Below, one piece after another: positions 55,983 through 64,000 of a DNA stretch of 64,000 nucleotides. Numbering within the stretch: the stretch's first letter is position 1; the number at the start of each line of letters is the position of its first letter. Source of the stretch: Saprospiraceae bacterium (lineage in GTDB: Bacteria; Bacteroidota; Bacteroidia; Chitinophagales; Saprospiraceae); NCBI GenBank assembly GCA_047626155.1, contig JBLHRR010000013.1, positions 270 to 64,269 on the forward strand, written 5' to 3'. A program made the translations under genes and the position numbers. The notes under the pieces are model-generated. The model saw only the letters and a list, made by a program, of their open reading frames with translations. It did not search any database and was not told the DNA's origin.

Positions 55983-57458
55983 ATGAACGAAAAAGAATTA
56001 TTGCTCCGAAACCAGGCCGATGCCTCTTTGCAGGATTGGAGAGAAAAAGAAAAAACCGCACTAGAGTTGCTCAAGGTTGCTGGTGACCTTCGCTTTGACA
56101 GATCTATCGAATTAGTCATCTTCCGACGTAATATCTACGATAGCAGAGCGAGTGAAATTTTGAACAATCATTTGTTTGCTCAAAACTATGTCAACCAACC
56201 GCTGTCTGTTGATTTGAGTTTGGAATTAGCTAATGCTATTGCTGTAATTCCTGATCTTGGCCCAGCCAAATTGGATATTGGAAAACTAGGTGCTGAATGG
56301 TTAGAGCAAAAAGATCAATACAAAACTGTGGTGGACTTCATTCACGACAAGTTGAAAAATAACATTACTAATACAGATGATGGAATCAATTCAAAAGACG
56401 TTGTTCTTTATGGATTTGGTCGTATCGGTCGAATAGCCGCTCGTATCATTATTGGAAACACGGGTAGGGGAGAGCAGTTGCGATTGAAAGCAATTGTACT
56501 TCGTCAAAAAATGAAGAACCGTAAAGAAGAAGCGGAAAAAAGAGCTGCATTATTGGAAGAAGATTCTGTGCACGGAAGATTTCGTGGAACCATTGCCGTT
56601 TCTGAAGATGGCGAGGAGCTAATCATTAACGGTAACCGGGTAAAACTAATTTACGCTAGTAGCCCAACAGAAATTGATTACACTTCTTACGGAATTAACA
56701 ATGCGCTTGTTATTGATAATACTGGTGTTTGGAGAGACAAAGAAGAGCTAAGTATTCATCTTCGTCCGGGGATAGACCAAGTCTGCTTATCTGCGCCAGG
56801 AAAGGGAATTCCAAATGTCGTATTTGGCGTAAACCACAAAACATTCAAACCAGAGGAAGATCAGATTTTCTGCGCTGCCTCTTGTACAACAAACGCTATT
56901 GCTCCTATTCTAAAGGTCATCAATGATAACCTCGGTATTCAAAGAGGACACTTGGAAACGATTCATGCTTACACTAGCGATCAAAACCTTTTGGACAACT
57001 TCCATAAGAAGCCAAGAAGAGGAAGAGGCGCTGCTGTAAACATGGTGTTAACCAGTACTGGTGCTGCCAACGCAGTGAATATTGTAATGCCGGAATTGGC
57101 TGGAAAGCTGACTGGAAATGCGGTTCGTGTTCCTACGCCAAATGTCTCTTTAGTAATCCTGAACCTAACGATTGATAAAGAAACTTCAGTAGAAACTTTA
57201 AATAAAATGTTCAAGGAGGCTTCTATTTACGGAGACCTTATTGAGCAGATTCATTATTCTGAATCAACAGAGTTTGTATCTACACAAGCGGTTGGTATGA
57301 CAACGACTTCGGTCTTCGATGCCCCTTCTACAATCGTTTCGCCGGATGGTAAAAATATTACGATCTATGCTTGGTATGACAACGAGTTTGGCTACACCAG
57401 TCAGTTGGTACGATTGGCGAAGTATGCAGCTAAAGTGAGACGTTTTTCTTACTATTAG
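55983..57458 (+). CDS. gap: glyceraldehyde-3-phosphate dehydrogenase, long (~480-490 aa) form
   Basis: 491 aa. It has an N-terminal extension, then a Rossmann motif (VVLYGFGRIGR), the catalytic ASCTTNAIAP and the C-terminal WYDNEFGY. Confidence 0.85.
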   Translation: MNEKELLLRNQADASLQDWREKEKTALELLKVAGDLRFDRSIELVIFRRNIYDSRASEILNNHLFAQNYVNQPLSVDLSLELANAIAVIPDLGPAKLDIGKLGAEWLEQKDQYKTVVDFIHDKLKNNITNTDDGINSKDVVLYGFGRIGRIAARIIIGNTGRGEQLRLKAIVLRQKMKNRKEEAEKRAALLEEDSVHGRFRGTIAVSEDGEELIINGNRVKLIYASSPTEIDYTSYGINNALVIDNTGVWRDKEELSIHLRPGIDQVCLSAPGKGIPNVVFGVNHKTFKPEEDQIFCAASCTTNAIAPILKVINDNLGIQRGHLETIHAYTSDQNLLDNFHKKPRRGRGAAVNMVLTSTGAANAVNIVMPELAGKLTGNAVRVPTPNVSLVILNLTIDKETSVETLNKMFKEASIYGDLIEQIHYSESTEFVSTQAVGMTTTSVFDAPSTIVSPDGKNITIYAWYDNEFGYTSQLVRLAKYAAKVRRFSYY

Positions 57459-57518
57459 TGGAGTGATAAAGAGGGAAAGGGCGTTTAGCTTTTGCTTTCT
57501 TTGTATAGAAAATGAATA

Positions 57519-57561
57519 AAAAAAACTATTAACTGGCCTTAGGCTGGTTAATAGTTTTTTT
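57519..57561. terminator. bidirectional intrinsic terminator between convergent gap and the lipoprotein gene
   Basis: AAACTATTAACTGGCC (57523-57538) pairs with GGCTGGTTAATAGTTT (57542-57557), flanked by an A-run and a T-run. Confidence 0.85.
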
Positions 57562-57578
57562 GTTAAATCAAGTTGTAT

Positions 57579-58466
57579 CTAATTAGAAAGAGACACCGCT
57601 TTCTTATTATTCGTCTCATCACATTCCCTCACTGCAAGATACGGATCCAATTGTATGATAAGCATGGAAGAGTATTTTGTTTTCTTGGTAATGTCCAGGC
57701 GAATAACGCCGGTGTAAACTTCTCCGGGTTTCAACAAATCCTGATCATTGATGAAAGCTCCACCAATAGGGATGGACCCTTTCGATAATTTACCTGTTCT
57801 ATTTAAGAAGGCCTTAATGGCCAAGTTCCTTTCTCCTTTTCCTGATTCTCCTTTAAAGGAAGCAGGGCCTTTTCCATTATTGGAAATACGGTATTCAATG
57901 GTCGCCCATTTTCTTGTTTGGCGTGTTATTATCAATGTATCAAGGCGAAGGTCAGGACAGAAGTTTCGGGCAATATAGTCTTTACCTTTTGAGCTGTTGT
58001 CTCCAACAGAAATGGTAAAGGAATCATCTTCCTCTTCTTCAGCTAACTTGCGATTTGGATCAAGACGTAATTTCATTGTTTGTTTTTTCAATGATTGTCC
58101 TGCCTCTAATGTAATGTCATTGTTGAGCACTTGCTGGATAATATCATTTTTATAAGCAAGTAGGGCTGCTTTTTTAAGACTTTTATCAAATTCGAAGTAA
58201 ATGGGAGGTTTTGTGCGCTCTCCCTTTTTATGGAAAATGGTTTCCCGGCCAGTATTGATGAGCTTGTATTGTAGCTGCGCAGATTTAGATTTTTTCTTCT
58301 TTACTACGATGTCAGCAACCACAATGCGGTAACCATTATAGGCCCGTGTGACGCTAGGAAGGCTATCTACTGTTACGTTTTTGGGACTTGAACAGGCAGT
58401 CAGACTTTGGAGCAGTAAGATCGGAAAGACAAAGAATAAGTCAGACCATTTTAATTTAAAAATCAT
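57579..58466 (-). CDS. lipoprotein with two CARDB-like domains
   Basis: 295 aa with a lipobox (LLLQSLTACSS). A repeated Ig-like module ends in the CARDB-style motif VRECDETNN. Confidence 0.55.
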   Translation of the reverse strand: MIFKLKWSDLFFVFPILLLQSLTACSSPKNVTVDSLPSVTRAYNGYRIVVADIVVKKKKSKSAQLQYKLINTGRETIFHKKGERTKPPIYFEFDKSLKKAALLAYKNDIIQQVLNNDITLEAGQSLKKQTMKLRLDPNRKLAEEEEDDSFTISVGDNSSKGKDYIARNFCPDLRLDTLIITRQTRKWATIEYRISNNGKGPASFKGESGKGERNLAIKAFLNRTGKLSKGSIPIGGAFINDQDLLKPGEVYTGVIRLDITKKTKYSSMLIIQLDPYLAVRECDETNNKKAVSLSN

Positions 58467-58611
58467 TTTCTCAGTTTGTGATCGAAGTACTGTTCTCAGT
58501 CAAAGGTTTTAACTTGATGACATAGAATATATCTGGTACTCTTTAATTTGTTTACTTGGTATTTAGGCAAAAATGAAGCCGTAGCCGAATCAGTACTATA
58601 AGAAAGTTATA

Positions 58612-58736
58612 AGTAACAACAAAAAATTAACTTCCCGATTTGGAAACGATTATGTAAACCAAAATGACCAAAGGGAGAGTGATTTATATAATCGTTTCCA
58701 TGAAAGAAATCGGGGAATTATTTTTTGTGTAATATT
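58612..58736 (+). repeat. family-1 long-hairpin element, canonical copy
   Basis: Full architecture is present. The element ends 3 nt before the stop codon (58740-58742, minus strand) of the dynamin-like gene. Confidence 0.9.
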
Positions 58737-58739
58737 AAG

Positions 58740-60464
58740 CTACACAGATAATGCATTTTCCAGGTCTTTTAGTCGATTTTCAATGTCTTTTTGCTTCCCT
58801 TCTATCTGAGTAATTTGAGTTTCCTCCTCCTTTAAAAGCGTATCAAACTCATCAAAATTACCGTCAATCTTGTCTTTTATATTTCGGATGTACTGATTTA
58901 GCTTAGTCGTCACTTCCCCTTCCAGCTGTTGTCTTCCCTTTTCTATCTCCACTCGGTAGCCGTTGATGACCTTTTTCCGTTGAATTCCCACAGAGACGCC
59001 TGCGAACAACAATCCTATAGTGGTCAGAATGCCGCCGGTAATGTCAAAGACCATCCCATTGGTAACCGTAGCTAGAATAACACCGATGACGGCGATACCC
59101 GAACCTGTAGCGACATTGGGTGACATGGACTTATGGCCGGGGAAAAGCTCTTCATCTGTGAAATTCTCCGAACGGTTCATAAACCGAGTAAACGCTTCTT
59201 GTAAATCCTGAATGACATGAGTTCGCTTTTCAGCAATTTCACTAAACAAATCATGATTTTCTTTCAGAATGGTTTTACTATTTCTAATTTTTAGATCAAT
59301 CATGTGGGCCATTTGCTGAATGCTGTCGGCTATATCGACGACTCCGGAATTGAGTCGGTCTTTCATTGCAGCGTTGAGGTCACGTTCTAGGTTTTTAGCA
59401 ATGTCGCCAAGCCATTCCTGCGCCGATTCTTTTTTACTAAAGAAAGAAGAAAAGGAACGTTTTAGTAGCGTAAAGAAATTCAGTCCTTCACTCAGTTCTC
59501 TTTCTGTCTTCAATGTTATTCTATCATAAGCGGCCAGTAAATTTTCAATCAAGGTATTGACCTGATATTGCGATTTCTTTTCTTGGTCATCTAGAGTTTG
59601 CTGAACATCCTTTCGGAAAAAAGTATCCGCGTCCCATTGTTGTTTTCGGATGAGCATTCCTTGGGAGATTCGGTCGTTGAGATTTTGCGCCGTTTGCACA
59701 TTACTTTGCAATTTTAACAAAGGTGCTTTTCCTCCCGTAATATGTTCCATGATGTATGCACGAATGTTTTTAAATCCGCTGATTTCTTTTTCGCCTTCTA
59801 TTTCCTGCTTGGCAGAAACGGCAAAAACCAAAGGAGATTCAATTCCTTTATCTTTAGCATATTTTTTAACGCCTTCAGTATTAATCGCGAGGTCCTCCTC
59901 ATTCATCAAATCTTTTTGCTGTAAAACAAAAACAATCTTCTTACGCCAGTCGTCATGGATGTAATTGAAGAAATCCCAGGCGGATTGGCGATAAGGATTT
60001 TTAGCTTCAAAAACAAAAACGATTAGGTCAGAAGCAGGTATAAATTTTTCGGTAATTTCCTGATGATGATCCACGATGGTGTTTGTACCCGGTGTATCTA
60101 CGATGGCAATTTCCTTTAGGATTTCTACCGGTTGTGTTATCCTTTTCAGAAAAGGAGAAATATCTGTGAAGCTTTCTTCAGCGCCATAAACGATCTGTTG
60201 AATGGTATCTGTCATTGGCGAAGGAGCTACCTTACAAATTTCTTTACCCGCATCTAAAAGTGCATTGATGAAACTGCTCTTTCCAGCCTTTACCTCACCC
60301 ACAATGACGAACATAAAAGGTTCGTTGATGCGTTCCTTCAAATCCTGAATCGTTTGCTGAAGTTCGTGGTGACCAATTTCTTGGGTCAGTCCATGCAACT
60401 CGCCAACGATATGGTTAATTTGGATGCGTTGATTTTTTAGTTTTTGATCTAAGATTTCGTTCAT
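58740..60464 (-). CDS. dynamin-family (BDLP/mitofusin-like) large GTPase
   Basis: 574 aa with a P-loop (GEVKAGKSSFINALL), G3 (VDTPGTNT) and G4-like (LQQKD) motifs. A helical region is followed by a hydrophobic hairpin (GSGIAVIGVILATVTNGMVFDITGGILTTIGLLFAGVSVGI) and a C-terminal coiled coil. Confidence 0.75.
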   Translation of the reverse strand: MNEILDQKLKNQRIQINHIVGELHGLTQEIGHHELQQTIQDLKERINEPFMFVIVGEVKAGKSSFINALLDAGKEICKVAPSPMTDTIQQIVYGAEESFTDISPFLKRITQPVEILKEIAIVDTPGTNTIVDHHQEITEKFIPASDLIVFVFEAKNPYRQSAWDFFNYIHDDWRKKIVFVLQQKDLMNEEDLAINTEGVKKYAKDKGIESPLVFAVSAKQEIEGEKEISGFKNIRAYIMEHITGGKAPLLKLQSNVQTAQNLNDRISQGMLIRKQQWDADTFFRKDVQQTLDDQEKKSQYQVNTLIENLLAAYDRITLKTERELSEGLNFFTLLKRSFSSFFSKKESAQEWLGDIAKNLERDLNAAMKDRLNSGVVDIADSIQQMAHMIDLKIRNSKTILKENHDLFSEIAEKRTHVIQDLQEAFTRFMNRSENFTDEELFPGHKSMSPNVATGSGIAVIGVILATVTNGMVFDITGGILTTIGLLFAGVSVGIQRKKVINGYRVEIEKGRQQLEGEVTTKLNQYIRNIKDKIDGNFDEFDTLLKEEETQITQIEGKQKDIENRLKDLENALSV

Positions 60465-60573
60465 GTATGTCTATGTTAAGTAAATAACAATTAATTAAAT
60501 TCTACTACCTCCTCGGGTGGCAGCCCCTCCTTTAGGAGGCTTGGAGGTTGCGCTGGCAAAAGGGTATAGTAAC

Positions 60574-61212
60574 TTATTCTACAATGCAACTTTCTAAAAT
60601 AAGCCCTGCTCCTGGTCCGCTACAAAAAAGCAAGTCTAAGATACTCAAATTGCTCAAAAATCCATGTCTGTCTTCAAATGCTTGGGGATAATAGGCTGCT
60701 TTAAAATGTTCATCTGCCCGTTGTTTATGTTGCTTCGGATGAATAGCGTTGCGCCAATCTGCTGTATCACCAGAAGGGGCTGCTTGATATTCAGCAGTCA
60801 AAGTTATGGAAACGTCCAGTTGTAACTTTTTTGTTATCCAAAGGAGTAAATCGTAATTGAAGTCCCAAAGGTATTCATATTCCTTTTGGTAAAAAGCCTT
60901 TAGTTCATCTCCGTAATATTCAAAGAAAGGACTGTTGCCATAAGCAGATTGTATGGTTCGCCAATGTTGGTTTCGCCAGCTGCTGTCCTCCTCCGAAATG
61001 CGGGTTTGACGGATATCCTGTTGTTCATTTTTTCCTTTTACCAATGGGATAGAAAGCATCAAAACGCCATTAGCACCAGCAATATAGCAGCGATTGCGAT
61101 AACTCCCTTTTCGGTAATGTTCTTTTTGTTCTAACAAGACCTCTTCATGCCGCAGTAACTTAGCAAAGTACTGGGTGGAAGGGAGGTATTGAAGTTCTAT
61201 AAGTAGTGGCAT
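60574..61212 (-). CDS. WbqC-family protein
   Basis: 212 aa. The N-terminus LLIELQYLPSTQYFAKLL...QKEHYRKGSYRNRCYIAGANG matches my memory of the WbqC family. Confidence 0.7.
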   Translation of the reverse strand: MPLLIELQYLPSTQYFAKLLRHEEVLLEQKEHYRKGSYRNRCYIAGANGVLMLSIPLVKGKNEQQDIRQTRISEEDSSWRNQHWRTIQSAYGNSPFFEYYGDELKAFYQKEYEYLWDFNYDLLLWITKKLQLDVSITLTAEYQAAPSGDTADWRNAIHPKQHKQRADEHFKAAYYPQAFEDRHGFLSNLSILDLLFCSGPGAGLILESCIVE

Positions 61213-61256
61213 GGGCGTAAAGGTATGGAAATATTAATTTTAAGGGAGCGTACTTT

Positions 61257-61382
61257 AGGTATTACACTAAAAATAATATCCCGATTTTTTTCGTGGAAAC
61301 GATTATGTAAACCACTCTCCCTGTGGTCGTTTTGATTTACATAATCGTTTCCAAATCGGGAAGTTAATTTTTCGTTGTTACT
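61257..61382 (-). repeat. family-1 long-hairpin element, canonical copy in reverse orientation
   Basis: The reverse complement reads AGTAACAACGAAAAATTAACTTCCCGATTTGGAAACGATTATGTAAATCAAAACGACCACAGGGAGAGTGGTTTACATAATCGTTTCCACGAAAAAAATCGGGATATTATTTTTAGTGTAATACCT. Confidence 0.9.
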
Positions 61383-61494
61383 AGACAGATGATTCCATTA
61401 TAAAGATTGTCAAACCAGCCCCCCGCCCGTCTGCGACAGTCGGACTGGTTCCGGTCAGGCGAGTTTGTCTTAAACTATAGGTATCTTCGCCGCT

Positions 61495-62847
61495 ATGAAA
61501 AGCCTCCGAAAGCACTTGCATGACCTAGCCGCTGGCACCACTATATCCAATGCTGATTTGGATATGAGTATTACGACACCATATCTTGAAAAACGGGCAC
61601 TCTTTCCTGCGCAAATCAGTTCTACCCCTGATCCGAACTTAGAAATAATTGTTGTTATTCCCGCTAAAGATGAGAGACAGCTGCTCAAAAGTCTCGAATC
61701 ATTGCGAGAAGCAAAGCAACCTCCTGCTGCCGTTGAAGTGATAGTGGTCATCAATGACTCCGAGAAAGATGAGGAGAAGCTAATCAAGCGAAATTCAAAA
61801 CTTTTTGCGAAAGCTACAAAATGGGCTGCCGAAAATAGTACGGCCTCAAAGAAATTCCATATTCTTTATCATAGTAGTCTTCCGGCCAAACATGCTGGGG
61901 TTGGTTTAGCCAGGAAAATAGGAATGGATGAAGCTGTTTACCGCTTTGCGCAAATAGAGCGAATGAATGGAATCATTGTTTGTTTTGATGCGGATACGCT
62001 TTGTCAGCCAAATTATTTTAAAGTTATACAACAATACTTTTCCGAAAGGCCAAAATTGCAAGCTGCGGGCATTTATTATGAGCATCCATTGGAAGGTTCG
62101 GCGTATCCGAAAATGGTCTATCGGGCTATTACTTTGTATGAATTACATCTGCGGTATTATACCCATGCACAGCGTTATGCCGGTTTTCCATTTGCTTGCG
62201 AAACCATTGGTTCGGCGATGATCGCTCGGGCCGATGCCTATCAACAACAGGGAGGAATGAATAAGCGGAAGGCAGGGGAAGATTTCTATTTCTTACATAA
62301 ATTTACGCCGCTCGGTCATTTTGGAGAAATCAAAAAAACGATTGTTATGCCATCACCACGGCGTTCTGATCGGGTGCCTTTCGGAACGGGAAAGGCGGTG
62401 GCCACTATGACGGAAAATACTAAGGAAGAGGTGAAAACCTATGCGCCCGAAAGCTTTGAAGATCTAAAAGTACTTTTTGAAAAAGTACCGACATTGCGAA
62501 AATGGAAAACAGAAAACGCAGAGACTATTTTGGGCTCCCTTCCCGAATCCATTCAGGCGTTCTTAAAGAGCATTAACGTAGATAAGAACTTAACCGAAAT
62601 TATTAAGAATACCTCTAGTGCTGCTAATTTTGAAAATCGTTTTTTCCGCTGGTTTAATGCGTTTATTATTATGAAATATGTTCACTTCGCTAGAGACCAA
62701 TTTTACCCAAATGTAAAGGTAGAAGAAGCTGCGAATTGGTTGTTGAAGACACATTTTCGGAAACGACTGAGGGGAGAGCAGACCGCGAAATCGCTGTTGT
62801 TGCTATTACGTAAAGAAGATAAAAAGGCGAAATATTTCTTTAAGTAG
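61495..62847 (+). CDS. glycosyltransferase (GT2-like); start uncertain
   Basis: 450-aa ORF. Motifs: LEIIVVIPAKDE, VIVVINDSE and the DxD-like CFDADT. The in-frame ATG at 61564 is an alternative start. Confidence 0.65.
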   Translation: MKSLRKHLHDLAAGTTISNADLDMSITTPYLEKRALFPAQISSTPDPNLEIIVVIPAKDERQLLKSLESLREAKQPPAAVEVIVVINDSEKDEEKLIKRNSKLFAKATKWAAENSTASKKFHILYHSSLPAKHAGVGLARKIGMDEAVYRFAQIERMNGIIVCFDADTLCQPNYFKVIQQYFSERPKLQAAGIYYEHPLEGSAYPKMVYRAITLYELHLRYYTHAQRYAGFPFACETIGSAMIARADAYQQQGGMNKRKAGEDFYFLHKFTPLGHFGEIKKTIVMPSPRRSDRVPFGTGKAVATMTENTKEEVKTYAPESFEDLKVLFEKVPTLRKWKTENAETILGSLPESIQAFLKSINVDKNLTEIIKNTSSAANFENRFFRWFNAFIIMKYVHFARDQFYPNVKVEEAANWLLKTHFRKRLRGEQTAKSLLLLLRKEDKKAKYFFK

Positions 62848-62952
62848 GGAAAAATAATAAGATGATTGCTAGCTAAAAGCAACGATTTGCGGCAAAAAAG
62901 AACTATTTTTGCGCGCATTTTATTTTAAATAAATCAAAATCATAATTTCGAT

Positions 62953-63876
62953 ATGAAATCATTACTCTATTTAATTCCTGTACTTTGCCTAACAATTGCA
63001 TGTGGTTCAGGTGGGCCATCCGTAGGTGGAGGTTCTACTGCATTAACAACTTTTGAAGACAGCCTTTGCTATTCTTTCGGTAGCTTAACAGCTGATGATT
63101 TAAAAACACGTGGTGTAAGTCTAGAACCTGCTGCTTTTGGAGCAGGAGTCGAAAAAGAATTGGACGGTTCTTCTACAATGACTGAAGAAGAAATGTTCGG
63201 TACTTTCGCTGCTTTTTCTAAGGAGTTGCAAACAGCGGGAGGTGCATTCACTGAAGTTACGCCAACGACCATCAACATTGATTCTTTGTCTTATGCCATT
63301 GGTAAAAACCTTGGGGCGCAATTGAAAACGGGTGAAGTAAAAGTTAACGTTGCTGCAACAATAAATGGTTTGAATGATGTTTATGCAAGCACGCTTAAAA
63401 TTGATAAAGTAACTGCTGAAAAAATTATGAAGACGTATACGGTTCAGGCTCGCCAAAAGGAAATGGATGCTAACGCCGCCAAGTTGAAACCAAACATCGA
63501 AGAAGGTGAAGCTTTCCTAAAAGAAAACGGAACAAAGGAAGGGGTGAAAACAACAGAATCTGGTTTGCAATACAAAGTACTTACAGCGGGTAAAGGAGCG
63601 AAACCTGCACCTACTGACAGAGTGCTTGTTCACTATGAAGGACGATTGTTAAACGGAGAAGTTTTTGACAGCTCTATTGAAAGAGGAGAACCGATTGAGT
63701 TTGGTTTGAATCAGGTAATCAAAGGATGGACAGAAGGTGTATCGTTGATGAGTCCTGGAGCAAAATATCAATTGTACATTCCTTATAACTTGGCTTACGG
63801 TATGCAGGGAAGCCCTCCAAAAATTGGTGGAGGTGCTACTTTGATATTTGATGTGGAGTTGTTGGAAGTGAAGTAA
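62953..63876 (+). CDS. FKBP-type peptidyl-prolyl cis-trans isomerase (FkpA/Mip-like lipoprotein)
   Basis: 307 aa with a lipobox (LTIACGS), an N-terminal helical dimerisation-type region and a C-terminal FKBP domain (VLVHYEGRLLNGEVFDSS...VIKGWTEG...GATLIFDVELLEV). Confidence 0.88.
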   Translation: MKSLLYLIPVLCLTIACGSGGPSVGGGSTALTTFEDSLCYSFGSLTADDLKTRGVSLEPAAFGAGVEKELDGSSTMTEEEMFGTFAAFSKELQTAGGAFTEVTPTTINIDSLSYAIGKNLGAQLKTGEVKVNVAATINGLNDVYASTLKIDKVTAEKIMKTYTVQARQKEMDANAAKLKPNIEEGEAFLKENGTKEGVKTTESGLQYKVLTAGKGAKPAPTDRVLVHYEGRLLNGEVFDSSIERGEPIEFGLNQVIKGWTEGVSLMSPGAKYQLYIPYNLAYGMQGSPPKIGGGATLIFDVELLEVK

Positions 63877-63900
63877 TTACCTTTTAACTTAGTTTACAAT

Positions 63901-63944
63901 AAAAAGCCCCTGAAGTTTTAAACTTCAGGGGCTTTTTATTTTTG
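63901..63944 (+). terminator. intrinsic terminator of the FKBP gene
   Basis: AGCCCCTGAAGTTT (63905-63918) pairs with AAACTTCAGGGGCT (63920-63933). It has an A-run upstream and TTTTTATTTTT downstream. Confidence 0.85.
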
Positions 63945-64000
63945 TACTGTTCTTTTTTTTATTCAAAGGGATCGCTAAAGCGGGGATCTTCTAGAAGGTA

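Noticed and set aside
18350-61382. Could the repeated ~125-nt units be a CRISPR array or integron attC sites?
   Set aside because: Copies are kilobases apart with whole housekeeping genes between them, not 25-50-nt spacers. No cas or intI genes are present. The elements flank essential core genes (murD/ftsW, ftsA/ftsZ) rather than promoterless cassettes. The flanks do not fit the attC R''/R' consensus (RYYYAAC/GTTRRRY).
63959-64000. Possible 3' end of a minus-strand gene (...YLLEDPRFSDPFE, stop at 63959-63961).
   Set aside because: Only 13 codons are visible, which is too short to support a call.
1-64000. Search for a mobile or defence island (transposase, integrase, toxin-antitoxin, restriction, CRISPR-Cas, phage genes), tRNA or rRNA genes.
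   Set aside because: I could recognise none in any frame. The window reads as a core housekeeping and envelope region. The novelty candidates are the non-coding repeat families rather than a protein-coding system.

Overview
This is a 64-kb chromosomal segment that looks like Bacteroidota. The evidence is a SusC-type TonB receptor, several T9SS C-terminal sorting domains, a 289-aa sigma-A, TAnnTTTG-like -7 boxes and a Bacteroidetes-order dcw cluster. I support about 45 protein genes. The core is a complete division/cell-wall cluster: mraZ-rsmH-ftsL-ftsI-murE-mraY-murD-ftsW-murG-murC-ftsQ-ftsA-ftsZ (32.5-49.4 kb). Housekeeping genes include mdh, sucC, a fused 2-oxoacid dehydrogenase E1, rpoD, a long-form GAPDH, kptA and an FKBP PPIase. 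There are also envelope and secreted proteins: a galactose-oxidase-like T9SS cargo protein, M43 and M28 peptidases, a penicillin-acylase-family protein, YfhO, GT2s, WbqC and a dynamin-like GTPase. I saw no rRNA, tRNA, CRISPR, transposase, integrase, phage or recognisable defence genes. The unusual content is non-coding. (1) An interspersed long-hairpin element of about 125 nt occurs 7 times, including inside the dcw cluster. Its apical loop and flanks are conserved, and two copies have entirely different but still complementary stems. (2) A second repeat family carrying GTGGGAAG...GTTAAC fills other dcw spacers and shares the GTGGG core of a textbook-looking triple MraZ operator upstream of mraZ. 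(3) There are several further hairpin and repeat families and long gene-free gaps containing candidate small RNAs or a candidate peptide. Coding oddities are an Ala/Lys-rich tail on malate dehydrogenase, a close galactose-oxidase homologue fused to PA14 and Cys-rich modules, and a truncated or frameshifted cytochrome c peroxidase. All calls come from reading the sequence and from recollection of protein families. No database search was run.
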